Shown here piece by piece: positions 37,333 to 52,256 of a DNA stretch of 64,000 bases. This DNA comes from Chiloscyllium plagiosum (Eukaryota), in NCBI RefSeq assembly GCF_004010195.1, contig NC_057718.1, positions 80,300,116-80,364,115 of the forward strand. The letters are read 5' to 3'. Numbering within the stretch: position 1 is the stretch's first letter; each line of letters opens with the position of its first letter. The notes beneath the pieces are model-generated. The model was not told where the DNA came from, did no database searches, and saw only the letters and a list, made by a program, of their open reading frames with translations. Position numbers and translations under genes: made by a program.

Positions 37333-39401
37333 GCGGTGACAAGAGTAAAGCATATTCCTTAAGAAACTCACTTGCAACAGTCATCTTTGAGTTGAGGTAA
37401 TTAAGTTGCAGTGTAATCAGATGGAGATGGACACCCTTACTAGTCCTACTGAACTTGGGGATCACTATTTGAGTGAAGGCAATTGCATAGCCACACTCAG
37501 GACATATCCTAAACAGAGGGACTCCAGGTCAGCCCGCAGCAAAACCCAAATCAAACTAAGCCTAAACTAGACCAACACGCCATTGTAGTTGCTGCTGGTA
37601 TGCAAACTCAAAACGACTAAGAAATCCTGCTCGACTTAAATTGAGTTTTAAAAAAAATCATAGACTGGTATCCAGGAGAGTGCATACCCTGGACAGTCTA
37701 CCTACATCTGGTTTGGAACAGTTATACTGCTGAGCAACATGCAAATCAGAACCAATCAAAAAAAATCGTCTGGTTAAATAGTCATCCAGTTCGAACGGAA
37801 GTTGTTGCTGACGCAACCATTTCAGTGATTGCAGAACAGTCTTTGACAAAATTCAATCTGGACTCCAATCCTAAAGTTTGCACAAGGCCTTGGCTCGATT
37901 AAGAATCTATACCAGGGAACCTTTACAGATTAAGGATGCAATTTTGGTTCTGGAATCTCACAAAAAACAGCTGGTTCAGTGATTGTCATAGAAGTCTTGG
38001 GTTCAAGCTTAATGGGGCAAAATTGGTTGCGAAAGATTCACCGAGATTGGCTCAACATTTCTTGACTAGCAAATGGCTGCCTGAGTGCAGTCCCAATTAA
38101 GTACCAGGTGGTCTTTCAGGAAGGTCTATGGACTCTCAGAGGAGCCAAGGCTACCTTGTGTGTTGACCAGGAAGCAATACCACAATTCTGCAAGCCCGCC
38201 CAGTGTCATTTGTCTTATGGCAAAAGAAGAGGCTGAAATTAGAAGGCTGGAAAGCGAAGGAATCATTAAACCAGTCCAGTTTGTGGAATGGACAGCACTG
38301 GTAGTACTGAATTTGAAGCCGGACGGGTCAATTTGGCTTTGTGGGGATTTGAAACAAATGGTAAACCGCTGGATAAATACCCAATCACTCGCGCAGAGAA
38401 TTCAAAGCTGGACATCTGCCATGTGTACTTGCATTTACAGCTGGATGATAATTCCCAGAGGTATGCTACTATTAATATCGATAAGCATATGTATCATCAG
38501 CCTGTGCAAGTTTTCAGTGGACCATGGAGAACATTTTACAAGGTCTACCCTAGGTTGCCATTTATTTAGATAATGTGCTAATAGCAGGGAAGACAGATAA
38601 GGAGCACTGAGAGAACTTGGACATAGTCCTTAGATGTTTCTCCCCAGGCGGGCATATACCTAGGAAGGGAAAAATGTGTGTTCTGGGTGACCTAATTGGG
38701 CTACAGAGTCCACAAGAACAGGTTATATCCATTGGAAGATAAAGTGAGGATGATCAAGGCTTCCATGTCTCTACCAGAGCTTAGGTCTTTCCTTGAGTTG
38801 GTGAATTATGACTGAAAGTTCATACATAATCTGGCCTTCATCCTGGCACTTTGCATCAACTCATAAACTAGGATCGGTCTTGAAAATGTTCTTGTCGCCA
38901 AGCCAGGCTTTCAGGGAAGTGATGAAACTGTTATTATCCTCTAAGGTGTTGCACACTATAATCCCAAGCGAGATCTGGTATTGACATAAAATACTTCAGG
39001 GTACTATTAGCTCATAGGTGGTACCACCACTGGAAGAGCCCATAATGGTTTTAAATTTTTTAGACACACTTCTAGTCACAGCTAATAATATCAGACTTTG
39101 GAAGCAGAAAGATCTGGTCCTGACAAAACTGAAACAACTGGCACTGATGTAGCAAACCAAAGGGACAACACAACCAGAATTTAAACTTTTTGGACCCGGA
39201 GGGACCGCATCACAGTACAGGATGGCATATTATTGTACGAAATAAGAGTGATTGTCCTCAGCCAAGGTCACCACCAGATACTGGATGAACTCCACCAAAG
39301 TCATCTCGGAATCTCCAAAATTAAGCTGTTGGTGAGAAGTTATGTCTGTTGGCCAGGATTGGATGCAGACATAACCACATTGGTGTGGCAGTGTCCAGAG
39401 T

Positions 39402-42400
39402 TCTAACTAGGTTGAACAGGTGATGTTCTGTAGCGGTATGATGGGAGCTGGCTGATCTCATTGTGAATGGCAGTGACCACATCTGCAGCAAGTATTGATT
39501 GCTGGAAGATTTCCAGATCAGAATTGATGATCTGGAATCTGACCTTCAAACACTGTGGCACATCCGGGAGGGGGAAGAGTTACCTGGACGCTTTGTTTCA
39601 GGAGGCAGTCACACCCGGCAGTTTAAGTAATTCAAATTCAGTCAGTGCTCATGAACAACAGGGTGTGTCTGTAAGTAAGGCAGGTAGTACAGGAGTGGAG
39701 AAGCCTCAGCCCTCGACCTTGTCCAACAGTTATGAGATTTTTGCTCCCTGTATGGATGAAGAAAAGGGCTGTGGACAGGATGAGCCAGCTGACCACGGCA
39801 CCATGGTGCAGAAGGCCATTCAAGAGAGGAGAGCAAAAAGACAAGTAGTTGTTATAGGTGATTCAATAATTAGGGGAACAGATAGCACCCTTTGAGAGCC
39901 GGATCGGGAGTCCCGCTAGGTATGTTGCCTGCCCGGTACCAGGGTGCAGAACATGTCCAAATGACTTAAAAGGATATTGGAGCGGGAGGGGAAGGATCTA
40001 GTTGTTGTGGTCCATGTTGGCACAAACAACATTGGCAAGGCTAGGAAGGAGGACCTGTTTGGGGAGTATCAAGCACTAGGAAGGAAATTGAAGAACAGGT
40101 CCTCGAGGGTCATAATCTCTGGATTACTGCCCGAGCCATTGCTAATTGGCATAGGATAAGAAAATCAGGGAAGTAAACACGTGGCTAAGAGATTGGTGTC
40201 AGAACGAGGGTTTCCATTTCATGGGACATTGGCATCAGTTTTGGAACTGGGGCGATCAGTACGGTGATCTGGAACCAGTGTTCTGGTGAAAAATATAAAT
40301 AGGGTGGTCACTAGGACTTCAAACTTGAGAGTCGGCGGGGGGGCGGGGGGTGGGGGAAAGGGAAAGCAACAGGGACTATGGAGTCAAGTAGAAAGATAAG
40401 CAGCAGGTTAGCATGTGTGCAGGGTTTAAGTTCGAGGCAGACAAGGAATGAAGCAAACAGGAAGGCTAACTTAGATAGAGGTGATGGAAATTATGAGGAT
40501 AAGAAAATTAGCATTAAGGTGCTTTACCTGAATGTGCGAAGTATTCGTAACAAAGTAGATGAATTAACAGCACAATCATTGTAAATGATTATGATATGGT
40601 AGGCAGCACAGAGATGTGGTTGCAGGGGATTCAGGACTGGCAGTTAAACATCCAAGGATTTACAACTTATCGAAAAGACAGGGAGGTGGGTAGGGGGTTG
40701 GGGTTGCCTGTGAGTTAAGAATGAAATTAAATCTATGGCATTAAATGATGTGGAGTCTGTGTGGGTGAGGCTGAGGAACCACAAAAGGCAAAAAAAAACA
40801 GAATGGAAGTTATGTACAAACCTCCCAGCAGTGCTCAGGACCAGGGGCACAAGATGTACCAGGAAGTAGATAGGGCATATCAGAAAGGTAAGGTCACGGT
40901 GATCATGGGGGATTTCAATATGCAAATGGTCTGGGTGAATTATGTTGCCAGTGGATCCAAAGAAAGGGAATTCATGGAATGCTTACAGGATAGCTTTTTG
41001 GAACAGTTTGTGATGGAGCCTACAAGGGAGCAGGCTATTCTGGACTTAATACTATGTAACGAGCCAGACTTTATAAAAGATCTTAAAGTCAGGGAACACT
41101 TAGGTGGCAGCAATCATAATATGGTAGAGTTCAGTCTGCAGTTTGAAAGAGAGAAGGCAAAATCGGATGTAAATGGTGCTACAGTTAAATAAAGGTAATT
41201 ACAGGACCATGAGAGAGAACCGATGGAAATTGACTGGAAGCAGAGCCTAGTGGGGGAGACAGTACAGCAACAATGGCAGGAGTTTCTGGGTGTAATTGAG
41301 GACACAATACAGAGGTACATCCCAAAGAAAAAAAAGATTACCCTGGGGAGGGGGTCGGGGGTGTCGGCGGGGGGCGAACGATGAATTGGACAACCATGGC
41401 TGATGAAGGAACTCAGGAAATGTATCACAGACAAAGAGAGTGCCTATAAAGTGGCCAAGAGCATGGGAAATCAGAAGATTGGAAAGACTACAAAACAAAC
41501 ACAGGATAACAAAGAGAGAAATAAGGAAGGATTAGATAAGATTAGATTACTTACAGTGTGGAAACAGGCCCTTCGGCCCAACAAGTCCACACCGACCCGC
41601 CGAAGCGCAACCCACCAATACCCCTACATTTACCCCTTTAACCTAACATGACGGGCAATTTAGCATGGCCAATTCACCTGACCTGCACATCTTTGGACTG
41701 TGGGAGGAAACCGGAGCACCCGGAGGAAACCCACGCTGACACGGGGAGAATGTGCAAACTCCACACAGTCGCCTGAGGCGGGAATTGAACCCGGGTCTCT
41801 GGCGCTGTGAGGCAGCAGTGCTAACCACTGTGCCACCATGCCGCCCATGGAGTGTATCAAATATGAAGGTAAGCTAGTGAGTAATATTAGAAATGAAAGT
41901 AAAAGTTTCTTTCAATACATAAGAAAGAAAAGAGAGGCAAAAGTCAAGATTGGGCCACTCCAAACTGATGTCGCAAGGCTAGTGATGGGAGATAAGAAAA
42001 TAGCTGAAGAACTTAATAAATACTTTGTGTCAGTCTTCACAGTGGAAGACATGAGTAATATCTCAACAATTAAGGAGAGTCAAGGGGAAGGGTTGGCTAT
42101 GGTGGCCATTACAAAGGAGAAAGTACTTGATAAGCTAAAAGGTCTAAAAATTGATTAATCTCCTGGGCCGGATGGGCTACATCGTAGAGTTCTGAGGGAG
42201 GTGGCTGAAGAAATAGTGGAGGCGTTGGTTGTAATATTTCAAAAATCACTGGAGTCAGGGAAAGTCCCAGATGATTGGAAAATCGCTGTTGTAACCCCCT
42301 TGTTCAAGAAAGGATCAAGACAAAAGATGGAAAACTATAGGCCGATTAGCCTAACCTTGGTTGAAGATAAAATTCTAGAATCCATTGTTAAGGATGAGAT

Positions 42401-43710
42401 TTCTAAATTCTTGGAAGTGCAGGGTTGAATTAGAATAAGTCAGCATGGATTTAGTAAGGGCAGGTCCTGCCTGACAAACCTATTAGAATTCTTTGAAGAG
42501 GTAACAAATAGGTTAGACCAGGGAAACCCAGTGGATGCTATCTGCTTAGACATCCAAAAGGCCTCTGATAAGGTGCCTCACAGAAGGCTGCTGAGTAAGG
42601 TGAGGGCCCATGGTGTTCAAGATGAGGTACTGGCATATATTGAGCATTGGCTGTCTGACAGAAGGCAGGGAGTTGGGATGAAAGGTTCTTTTTCGGAATG
42701 ACAGCTGGTGACAAGTGGTGTCTCGCAGGGTTCAGTGTTGGGGCCCCAGCTATTCACTTTATGTATAAATGATCTGGATGAAGAGACTGGGGGCATTCTG
42801 GCAAAGTTCGTCGATGATACGAAGTTAGGTGGACATGCAGATAGTTCTGAGGAGGTGGGGAGGCCACAGAAAGATTTAGACAGTTTACGAGAGTGGTCCA
42901 AGAAATGGCTATGAAATTCAATGTGAGCAAATGCGAGGTCTTGCACTTTGGAAAAAAGAACACAGGCATAGACTATTTTATAAACGGTGAGAAAATTCAT
43001 AAAGCCAAAGTACAAAGGGGTCTGGGAGTGCTAGTACAGGATTCTCTAAAGGTTGACTTGCAGATTGAATCCATGGTTAAGAAGCAAATGTAATGTTGTC
43101 ATTTATTTCAAGAAGTTGGAATATAAAAGCAGTGATGTGCTATTGAGACTTTGTAAAGCTCTGGTTAGGCCCCATTTAGAAATACTGTGTCCAGTTTTGG
43201 GCCCCACACTTCAGGAAGGACACATTGGCAGTGGAATGTGTGCAGCAAATATTCATACGGATGATCCCTAGAATGGTAGGCCTAACAGACGATGAATGGC
43301 TGAGAATCCTGGGATTGGATTCATTAGAGTTTAGAAGATTGAGGGGAGATCTAATAGAAACTTGCATGGCTTAAAAAGGGTGGATGCTGGGAAATTGTTT
43401 CCATCAGGCGAGGATACTAGAACTCGAGGGCACAACCTCAGAATTAGAGAGGGTCAATTTATAACAGAAATGAGGAGACATTTCTCCAGCCAGAGAGTGG
43501 TGGCCTGTGGAATTCACTGCCATGGAGCGCAGTGGAAGCCGAGACGTTAAATGTCTTCAAGGCAGAGATTGATAAATTCTTGACCTCGCAAGGAATTAAA
43601 GGATATCGGGAGAGTGCGGGTAAGTGGCGTTGAAATGCCCATCAGCCATGATTGAATGGTGGAGTGGACTCGATGGGCCGAATGGCCTTACTTCCACTCC
43701 TCTGGTCTTA
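39402..43710 (+). mobile_element. Near full-length CR1 LINE nested in the Gypsy integrase
   Basis: ORF1 SGNH esterase (VVVIGDSIIRG, VVVHVGTNNIG), APE (VLYLNVRSIRNK, IMGDFN), RT (SGVSQGSVLGP, KFVDDTK), 3' tail; Gypsy integrase resumes at ~43710. Confidence 0.93.
41530..41848 (-). mobile_element. HE1-like SINE nested in CR1
   Basis: Full reverse-complement SINE with CpGs retained and an (ATTAG)n tail. Confidence 0.92.
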
Positions 43711-44779
43711 AGGACAAAAATTACCGCAGGCAGCTCCCCCATATTCGTGGGAATGGCTGGGTAAACCCTGGACAACTATACAGGTCCTTGCATGGGCTCA
43801 ATGTTCTGAGTCATTGTAGAGACTCACTCAACATGCTTGGACGTGCATAGAGTTTATCCAAAGAAGGGAATGACAATAGGAAAGCTGTGTACATCTTGTG
43901 CAATACACTGACTTCCAGAACTGTTGGTCACCGATAACAGGCCATTGTTTGCCAGCTGGGAACTTGAATATTTCCTGAGATTGAATGGTATTCGAATATA
44001 AGGACAGCTTCATACCATCCATCATCCAGTGACAGAAAGTGGCTTGGCAGAAAGAGCAATCCAAACTTTAAAGGTAGATTTGAAGAAACAGCCTATAGCT
44101 TCGTTAGATACCAAACTGTCCCAGTTCCTATTTGATTACAGGACCACCCTCATGCAATAACAGGGATACTCCCAGCACAGTTGCTAATGGGGAGAAGATT
44201 CTGAATCAGGTTAAATCTGACCTTACCGGAGCTGGGGGAGGGTGAAATAGCATCAGAAATCCCACACTGGAAGCCAGACTCACACCAAGTTAGAGAGACA
44301 GTTACGACACGGGATAAGATTTGGTGCTGGAATCACAGAAATGGTCCTGCAAGAGTAAGAGCCTTGGTCATTGCAAAGTCAGCACCAGTGACATATAAGG
44401 CTCAGGTAGGAATGAAGATCCTGAATAAGCGTGTGGACCGTATGAATGCAGCAAACTTGCAAACAGTACGGGAGCAAATCATCCCCTCTTCGCAGTACAG
44501 TCGGAACCCTTGAGGTCTCTGTCTCTGTCTCTGTCAAGTGTTGAACAGATCTCTGAATCTGAGATGAACATGACAGATCTCGCCGCATGATGCCTTTGCT
44601 GCCTGAAGAACAGAGTGAATTTCTTCCAAGATGCTCCGCGCACAAGAGGCAAATTTCTGTGCATTGCAGAGTACCGTATCCGAGTAGAGACGGAGGAACC
44701 TGATCCAGTGCTAACACACCCCAGATGGCGCAACAGGAAAAAGGACCATCCTATGTCCTCACACTCAGAGGGACAGGGA

Positions 44780-44985
44780 TGTAGTAATTATAATGAGATC
44801 TGCCAGGTGGACCCCATCTGTTCCAATCAGGGAGCCCTGGCTGACAGATTAAAAAGTGGAGTGAGAGACATTCTGACACACTGAGAACTGGCTCTGAAGG
44901 AACTGGATCAGTTTCAAGGACTTTCTATGTGTAACTAAAGTGTGACAGGGTGACAGTATACTGGCCTCTGTGGAGTTTCTTTTCA
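44780..44985 (+). repeat. Gypsy 3' LTR
   Basis: TGTAGT...TTTCA, preceded by purine tract gagggacaggga. Confidence 0.85.
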
Positions 44986-45061
44986 CTTCACAATCAGCTA
45001 ACTTCACTCAGCGAGTCTGATCCCTGAGGTTTTCCCCAGACTTCAGTTTTGCTGAGCTACA

Positions 45062-46994
45062 TTAAGCAAAGGTGTAGACAGGATAGATCGAGTGAATCCT
45101 GAGTACAGTATAAAGGCAGTAGGAGTATACTTAAGAGGGAAATGAGGAGGGTAAAAAGGGGACATGACATAGCTTTGGCAAATAGAGTTAAGGAGAATCC
45201 AAAGGGTTTTTACAAATACATTAAGGAAAGAAGGGTAACTAGGGAGAGAATAGGGCCCCTCAAACATCAGCAAGGCGGCCTTTATGGGGGAGATACTAAA
45301 CGAGTATTTTGCATCAGTGTTTACTGTGGAAAAGGACATGGAAGATATAAAATGTAGGGAATTAGATGGTGACATCTTTAAAAATATCCATATTACAGAG
45401 GAGGAAGTGCTGAATGTCTTGAAACACATAAAAGTGGATAAATCCCCAGGACCTGATCAGTGTACCCTAGAACTCTGGGAAGCTGGGGAAGTGATTGCTC
45501 AGCCTTTTACTGAGATATTTGTATCATTGATAGTCACAGGTGAGGTGCCAGAAGACTGGAGGTCGGCAAACGTGGTACCACTCTTTAAGAAAGGTGGTAA
45601 GGATAAGCCAGGGAACTATTAGACCAGTGAGCCTGACCTTGGTGGTGGACACATTGGAGGGAATCCTGAGGGACAGGATGTACATGCATTTGGAAAGGCA
45701 AGGACTGATTAGGGATAGTCAACATGGCTTTATGCATGAAAAATCATGTCTCACAAACGTGATTGAGTTTTTTGAAGAAGTAACAAAGAGGATTGATGAG
45801 GGCAGAGAGGTAGATGTGATCCATATGGATTTCAGTAAGGCATTTGACAAGGTTCCCCATGGGAGACTGGTGAGCAAGGTTGGATCTCATGGAATACAGA
45901 GAGAACTCGCCATTTGGATATAGAACTGGCTCAAAGGTGGAAGACAGGTGGTGGTGGTGGAAGGTTGTTTTTCAGACTGGAGGCCTGTGACCAGTGCAAT
46001 GCCACTAGGATCAGTGCTGGGTCCACTACTTTTAGTCATTTATATAAATGATTTGGATGTGATCACAAGAGGTATAGTTAGTACGTTTGCAGATGACACC
46101 AAAATTGGAAGTGTAGTGGACAGCGAAGAGGACTACCTCAGATTACAACAGGATCTTGACCAGATGGGCCAATGGGATGAGAAGTGGCAGATGGAGTTTA
46201 ATTTCTTAAATGTGAGGTGCTGCATTTTGAAAAAGCATTTCTTAACAGGGCTTATACACTTAATGGTAATGCCCTAGAGAGTGTTGCTGAACAAAGAGCG
46301 TAGGTTCATAGCTCCTTGTAAGTGGAGTTGCAGGTGGCTAGGATAGTGAAGAAGGCGTTTGGTATGCTTTCCTTTATTGGTCAGAGTATTGAGTACAGGA
46401 ATTGGGAGATCATGTTGAGGCTGTACAGGACATCGGTTAGGCCACTGTTGGAATATTGTGTGCAATTCTAGTCTCCTTCCGATTGGAAAGATGTTTTGAA
46501 ATTTGAAAGGGTTCAGAAAAGATTTACAAGGATGTTGCCAGGGTTGGAGGATTTAAGCGATAGAGAGAGGTTGAATAGGCTATGGCTATTTTCCCTGGAG
46601 CATCGGAGGCTGATGGGTTGCCTTATAGAGGTTTATAAAATCATGAGGGGCATAGAAAGGATAAATATACAAAGTCTTTTCCCTGGGGTAGGGGAGTCCA
46701 GAACTAGAGGATAGGTTTAGGATAAGAGGGGAAAGATATAAAAGAGACCTAAGGGGCAACGTTTTCACTCAGAGGGTGGTATGTATATGGAATGAGCTGC
46801 CAGAGGAAGTAGTGGAGGCTAGTACAATTGCAACATTTAAAAGGCATCTGGAAGGGTACATGAATTGGAAGGGTTTGGAGGGATATGGTCCAGGTGCTGG
46901 CAGGTGGGATTAGCTTGGGTTGGGATATCTGGTTGGCGTGGACGGGTTGGACCGAAGGGTCTGTTTCCGTGCTGTACATCTCTATGACTCTATG
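45062..46994 (+). mobile_element. CR1 LINE (tether, RT, 3' end)
   Basis: [46 protein letters not shown]; tail ctatgactctatg. Confidence 0.95.
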
Positions 46995-49900
46995 CTTGTG
47001 AGCTTTTCAATCTCCACTCTTAGCTGTACTGAAGTACTAATGCTTGCAGGTCTCTTCTGAGCCCTTTACAGCTTTTTCTAACGGAGAAACAGTGACCTTC
47101 CCACCGTACCTGATCCCCAAGGTTAAGTCCTGACTCCATAATTTAACTGCCTACTAATTCCTAAAACTTCTGTTAGAATACAGTGATAGTTTCACTTCTT
47201 TCATGTGTAAATCACAAAACCCTTTTTTTTTAAAAAGTTGCATTTTTGGGTAACCATTCGGTATTTAACAAGTGACTACATTTTAGTTACCCATATAATC
47301 ATTTATGGATTAATGTTCATTCACTTAAAGCAAAAGCACAAGAGGTTCCCTTACAGTAAAAGCAAATCACAAATACACAAAATTCAGTGAAAAAAGACAA
47401 AAAAAGTTCAAACATACATGTTCTACATATTTAATTTGCCACTTATCTTGCTTCTGGGGCCACACTCGGGCCACACACTTCTGCCATTATGTCAATGATA
47501 TCACATCGCATTCACATTTTCTTGTTCAAAAATTGATCCAATTATATAAAACAGGAATGTTGAAAAAATCTGAAGAAAAGAAACAGTGATGGACAACTAG
47601 CTCACCCAGACAGCAAACATTTGCTCAATTAGTGCAGACTTGTCTCTTGCCCTTACTTACACTTTTGCTGCATAATTAAGAAGGTCAGAATTAATGAAGC
47701 TGCATTGAATAAAGTTCAAGAAATCCCTAGTTACTGTTTATTCTATGACATCTGAGATCTGAATGTCAGATAGGCATTATTAGAGCTATGAACCACAGGC
47801 TTGGCAGCCTCCCAGCAACAAAAGAAAAATTCAAGTGGGATTTACCTGCAGTGTCAAGTCATTCCTCAGCTCCTTTCCAGCAAAGATAACGCACAACTGG
47901 TCAAATGGAACTCCTTGTCTCTTAGCAACAGCCTCCTTAAGCTGCAAGATCCTGGCATTTGTATCAACCTCCACCGGGAATCCATGGCTCAAATTGAACC
48001 TAACAAACACTGATCCAAAACATCAATTAATACTAATAGATCAATACTAATGGACAACATATAGTTTATAATCCCATCAGTACTCTAGGTAATTTATAAA
48101 CTAAAATTAACCAAAAATTTAATTATGATGTCTCAGGTGATATAACAAGATAGATATCCCTTAAAATGGCAAACTGGTTATCTCAACAACTTCTCTTCAT
48201 AACCTATGCACATCCTTTCAAATAATTTAATTCATATTTGCACTCAGCAGAATTTCTATTGAGAATTTCTATTCTTTCCTTAAACAGTAATAACTTAAGT
48301 CTACTGGTAAATGTACAATATTAACAGTGCAATAAATACAAGAATATATAATTTCAATAAATAACGAGCTCAACTGATTACAATTTAAAAGCCACAAAAA
48401 GAGTGTCGAAGAATTGAGGAAAATTACAATTATTAAAGAAATCAAATAAAGTAAACTTGCAAAGGACCCTGCAGGCTTGTATTTTTGCAGTCTACTGCTT
48501 GTAGAATGAATTAGCATTTATGCATGTGGACATAATACAAACGATTCACAATATTTTTAAAAGATTTAATTCCTGTCAAGTAAATACAAAAACTGATCAT
48601 AAAAATTATTCACCTCATCAAAATATGTAGGCTGATAACAAATAATATCCTATGTGTAAGTATCAAGAAATCAATTCACTACTACTTTTCCGATAGCAAT
48701 TAAGGATGGGCATTAAATGCTAGCCTAGCCAGCAATGCACAAATCCTGTGAATGAATTAATATGGTTTGAAACTCTGTGGCACAAACCTTTAAAAGGCTT
48801 CTACAAATAACAGAACTTTTAGAAACTAGATGTTGAGGAGAATTCTATGTTCTTTTTCAAATGTATCAAAAGACAATGCGTTTTGATTTACTGATGCATT
48901 TTCATATGCTCAAGCAGGTGTTCAAATACTCAGGAATTGTGGATGCACATTTCTACTTGCTACATTAAAGCCTCAGCTATTTGCTGGCAGGAATTGAACC
49001 TTAAAATGTCAGAGGGTTTTCTATGTCTAGGTATCTTATTCTGTCTCTGTTTGAAATGTGTGTGGGTTGATCTGAAATTTCCAGATTTGTCAGCTTGAGT
49101 TTCCTTAAAAGTTGTTTCTGTCACATTTACGGCATTCCTGTGACAGCCAGCGATAGCTCTTTCACAATTACAGACAAGAAAGTGGGGAATCCGCTGACAA
49201 ACAAGAGCAAGGCAGAAATAGCATGAAGCTGCTCTTCGAGAAAGAATGAAGTGGCAGAATATCACTGCACAGTACCAGGTAGTGAGAGTTGATAGCAAGG
49301 ATAGCAGAGAGGAGGCAACATATTTAATTGTAACTCACAACTGTCTTACCTCAATGGCAAATTACATTAGATTATTTACAGTGTGGAAACAGGCCCTTCG
49401 GCCCAACAAGTCCAAACCGACCCTCCGCAGAGCAACCAATATCTTTCGAGAGTAAGGAGATCAAAACTGCATAAATATTCTCGGGTTTATCTTGCCAAGG
49501 CCTTACATATTTACTTCAAGAGTGACCAGACAAGGTTGAGAGTTTAGGGCTATGGTGTTGGCATTACTCCAACCAGCAGGGCCTCCAAAACCTTGCCCAA
49601 AAAGCAGGACACTGATTTCCTGCTACTGAGTATCAGCATATCTGCTGAGTGGCAAATTGTTCCAGGTATAGCTCACAGTCAGATGAGGTGGAAATTGAAA
49701 GTGAGACATGCCATAGAGTCGATATGGGTCATTAATTATGCAGTTTTGGTAAGATATGGTGACAGAACACATGAGATTTCACAGTGAAATGCCTTCCAAA
49801 AAACATACGTTCTAACTGTGAATTTCTGTGTTCCCCTCTGTATACACTAAATCTTTTTATTTTTAATTTCCTATATTTTTTTTTATAGATATTTTTATTA

Positions 49901-50787
49901 GAAATTTAACATTTTTACAAGTTTACAAAAATAAACAAAACTCTCAGATATAAACATGTGGACCAAAACGAAAAAAGAACTTTTCAAAACAAAAGATAGC
50001 TGTTTTGAAAATGCTGCATGTTTTAAAAACAAGTAACCATACACTCATTGTAAGCACCATTTACACAGCTATTTGTTTGTGTAGTGATTGAAGTGTGGTT
50101 GCAGATGATATAAAGTTGAGGGGCTGTTTATAGATGGAACTTCAGTTGGTACAAAGTAGCCAAAGGGTAACTAGAGCTGGGTAATAAATGAATAGAAAAA
50201 AGCGTATCTTTCCTTCAGCAGCTTCTGCAAGTTGTAACTTTTAACTGATATGTCAGAGATTTCTTTAAGTAAACCAACTACCCTGTACCTCTTGCAAACT
50301 AGTGGAAGCATCTGGAAAAGAATCACCAAGAAGTATTCTGACCAGTATATGAATAGCTCAGGTACCAGTGAAATGTCTTTGCAGTCTTTCCCTCTATCCA
50401 CACCCATTCTTCGTGCCTTATTATCAGTGAAGGAGAGTTAAAAAATGATTATAGTTTTCATTTGTTGATGTATGCCAATGGTTCATAACTGTTAACTTGG
50501 TGCTTGTAATAACTGGAAATTTTTGTGGTCAGAACAGAAACCTGTTCTGTGTTTTCTGTCAACTTGGATTAAGAAGACAGGTAAACTGTGAAACCATTGC
50601 ATATTTTTGAGAATCTTTAACTTTTATAATGAAATAGCAATTCCAGTGCATTACCATAGTGAAACATGACACCTCTCTCCATGGTCACCTTCCTACACTA
50701 TGGCATTTCTCTAATATTTGATAGAATTTTAGAATTTGAGTATTGTGGTAATTTGAGTGGGAATTTTAGAATTTGAGTATGTCAGGT

Positions 50788-51415
50788 TGGAGAAAGTGAG
50801 GACTGCAGATCCTAGAGATCAGAATCAAAAAGTGTACTGCTGAAAAAAGCTGGTCAGGCAGCATCCTAGGAGCACGAGAGTCAACATTTTGAGCATAAGC
50901 TCTTGATGGAGGTATGGGGTGATGGTGATTGGTCAGAGTGGAGGGTGGAACAGATATGTGGGAAAGACAGGTTGGATAGATAAGAGGCTGGCGCCGAGTT
51001 GGAGGGTTGGATTCGGGATAAGGTCAGGGGAGGGGAGTTGAGGAAACTGGAGAAATCAACATTAATCCTGTGTGGTTGAAGGGTCCCAAGGTGGAAGATG
51101 AGGCATTCTTCCTCCAGGCATTGGGTGGCTAGAATCTGGCGGTGGAGGAGGTCCAGGACTTGCATGTCCTTGGCCGAAAGGAAGGGGGAATTGAAGTGTT
51201 TAGCCACAGGGCAGTGAGTTGTTTAGTGTGTGTGTGTGTCCCAGAGATGTTCTCTGAAACATTCAGCAAGTTGGCATCCTGTCTCCCCAATGTAGAGGAG
51301 ACCACATCGGGAGCAGTAGATGACATGTGACGAGCTGCAGGAAAATCTCTGCCGGATGTGGAAGAATCCTTTGGGGCCTTTAGTGGAGGTGAGGCGGGAG
51401 GTGTGGGCGCAGGCA
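50788..51415 (-). mobile_element. Penelope-like element 3' part (GIY-YIG + pLTR)
   Basis: HVIYCSRCGLLYIGETG...FREHL and AKHFNS...LIFHLGTLQPHRINVDF; pLTR terminus ggagaaagtgaggactgcagat. Confidence 0.9.
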
Positions 51416-51911
51416 TCTAAACAGTTCTTCAATGTCGTGGATTCCCACCACTACCATCCCTTCAGACAGTGAGCTTCAGACCCAAAGCCCTTTAATCCCC
51501 TCTAAACCTTGTGCTCCTGACATTAAAACTGTGGCCCCTCATTATTGACTTCTCCACCAAGGGGAAATGTTTCTCCATATCCAACCTGTCTATGCAAATC
51601 ACAACTTAGTACACCTTAATCAGATTCCCTTCAGCTTTCTCTGCTCTCAGGGCAATAAAATTCTTTCCAGTCTCTCTTTGTAGCTAAAAAAGACAAAAGC
51701 ATTTCATTCTAATCCAAATTAGTCTAATGGTAATTGACAGTTGTCATCAGAGATACAGTGAGACTTTTCTCCAGTTCATTGCTCAAGTCGTTTCCAGGAA
51801 TCCTGTTTAACCATTTCTTTTCTGTTAAGCTGTAAGATTCTGATTTTTATTTAGCTTCACAAGTGAGCAGAATTTTGGAAATTTTAATACAGATTCAAAA
51901 TTTGTTTTCTT

Positions 51912-52256
51912 ATAGAATCCCTATAGTGTGGAAACAGGTAATTTGGCCCAACAAATCCACACCAATCTGCCGAAGAAAATTCCACCCAACCCATCCCCCT
52001 ACTCTCTCCCTGTTACCCTGCATTTCCCATGGCTAATGCACCTAACCTACACATTGCTGAAAACTATGGGTAACTTAGCATGACCAATCCACCTCACTTG
52101 CATGTTTTTGGACTATGGGAGGAAACCACAGCAACCCACGCAGACATGGGGAAATCGGCGGGAACTCCACACAGACAGTTGCTCGAGGTTGAAATCAAAC
52201 ATGGTTGCCTAGTACTGTGAAGCAGCAGTTCTAACCACTGAGCCACCATGCCACCC
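51912..52256 (-). mobile_element. HE1-like SINE
   Basis: Reverse complement of HE1 head, V domain and tail. Confidence 0.85.

Larger units (their letters stand above)
37123..44985 (+). mobile_element. Complete decayed Ty3/Gypsy LTR retrotransposon
   Basis: 5' LTR 37123-37332, PBS-like gcggtgacaag, RT (EIRRLESEGIIKPVQ, KPDGSIWLCGD), integrase HHCC region (LDELHQSHLGISKIK...WPGLDADI), PPT, 3' LTR 44780-44985; TSD CTTCA at 37118-37122 and 44986-44990. Confidence 0.9.

Noticed and set aside
39467..40159. Host GDSL/SGNH esterase gene
   Set aside because: This is the disrupted ORF1 of a CR1 LINE, an established feature of the clade
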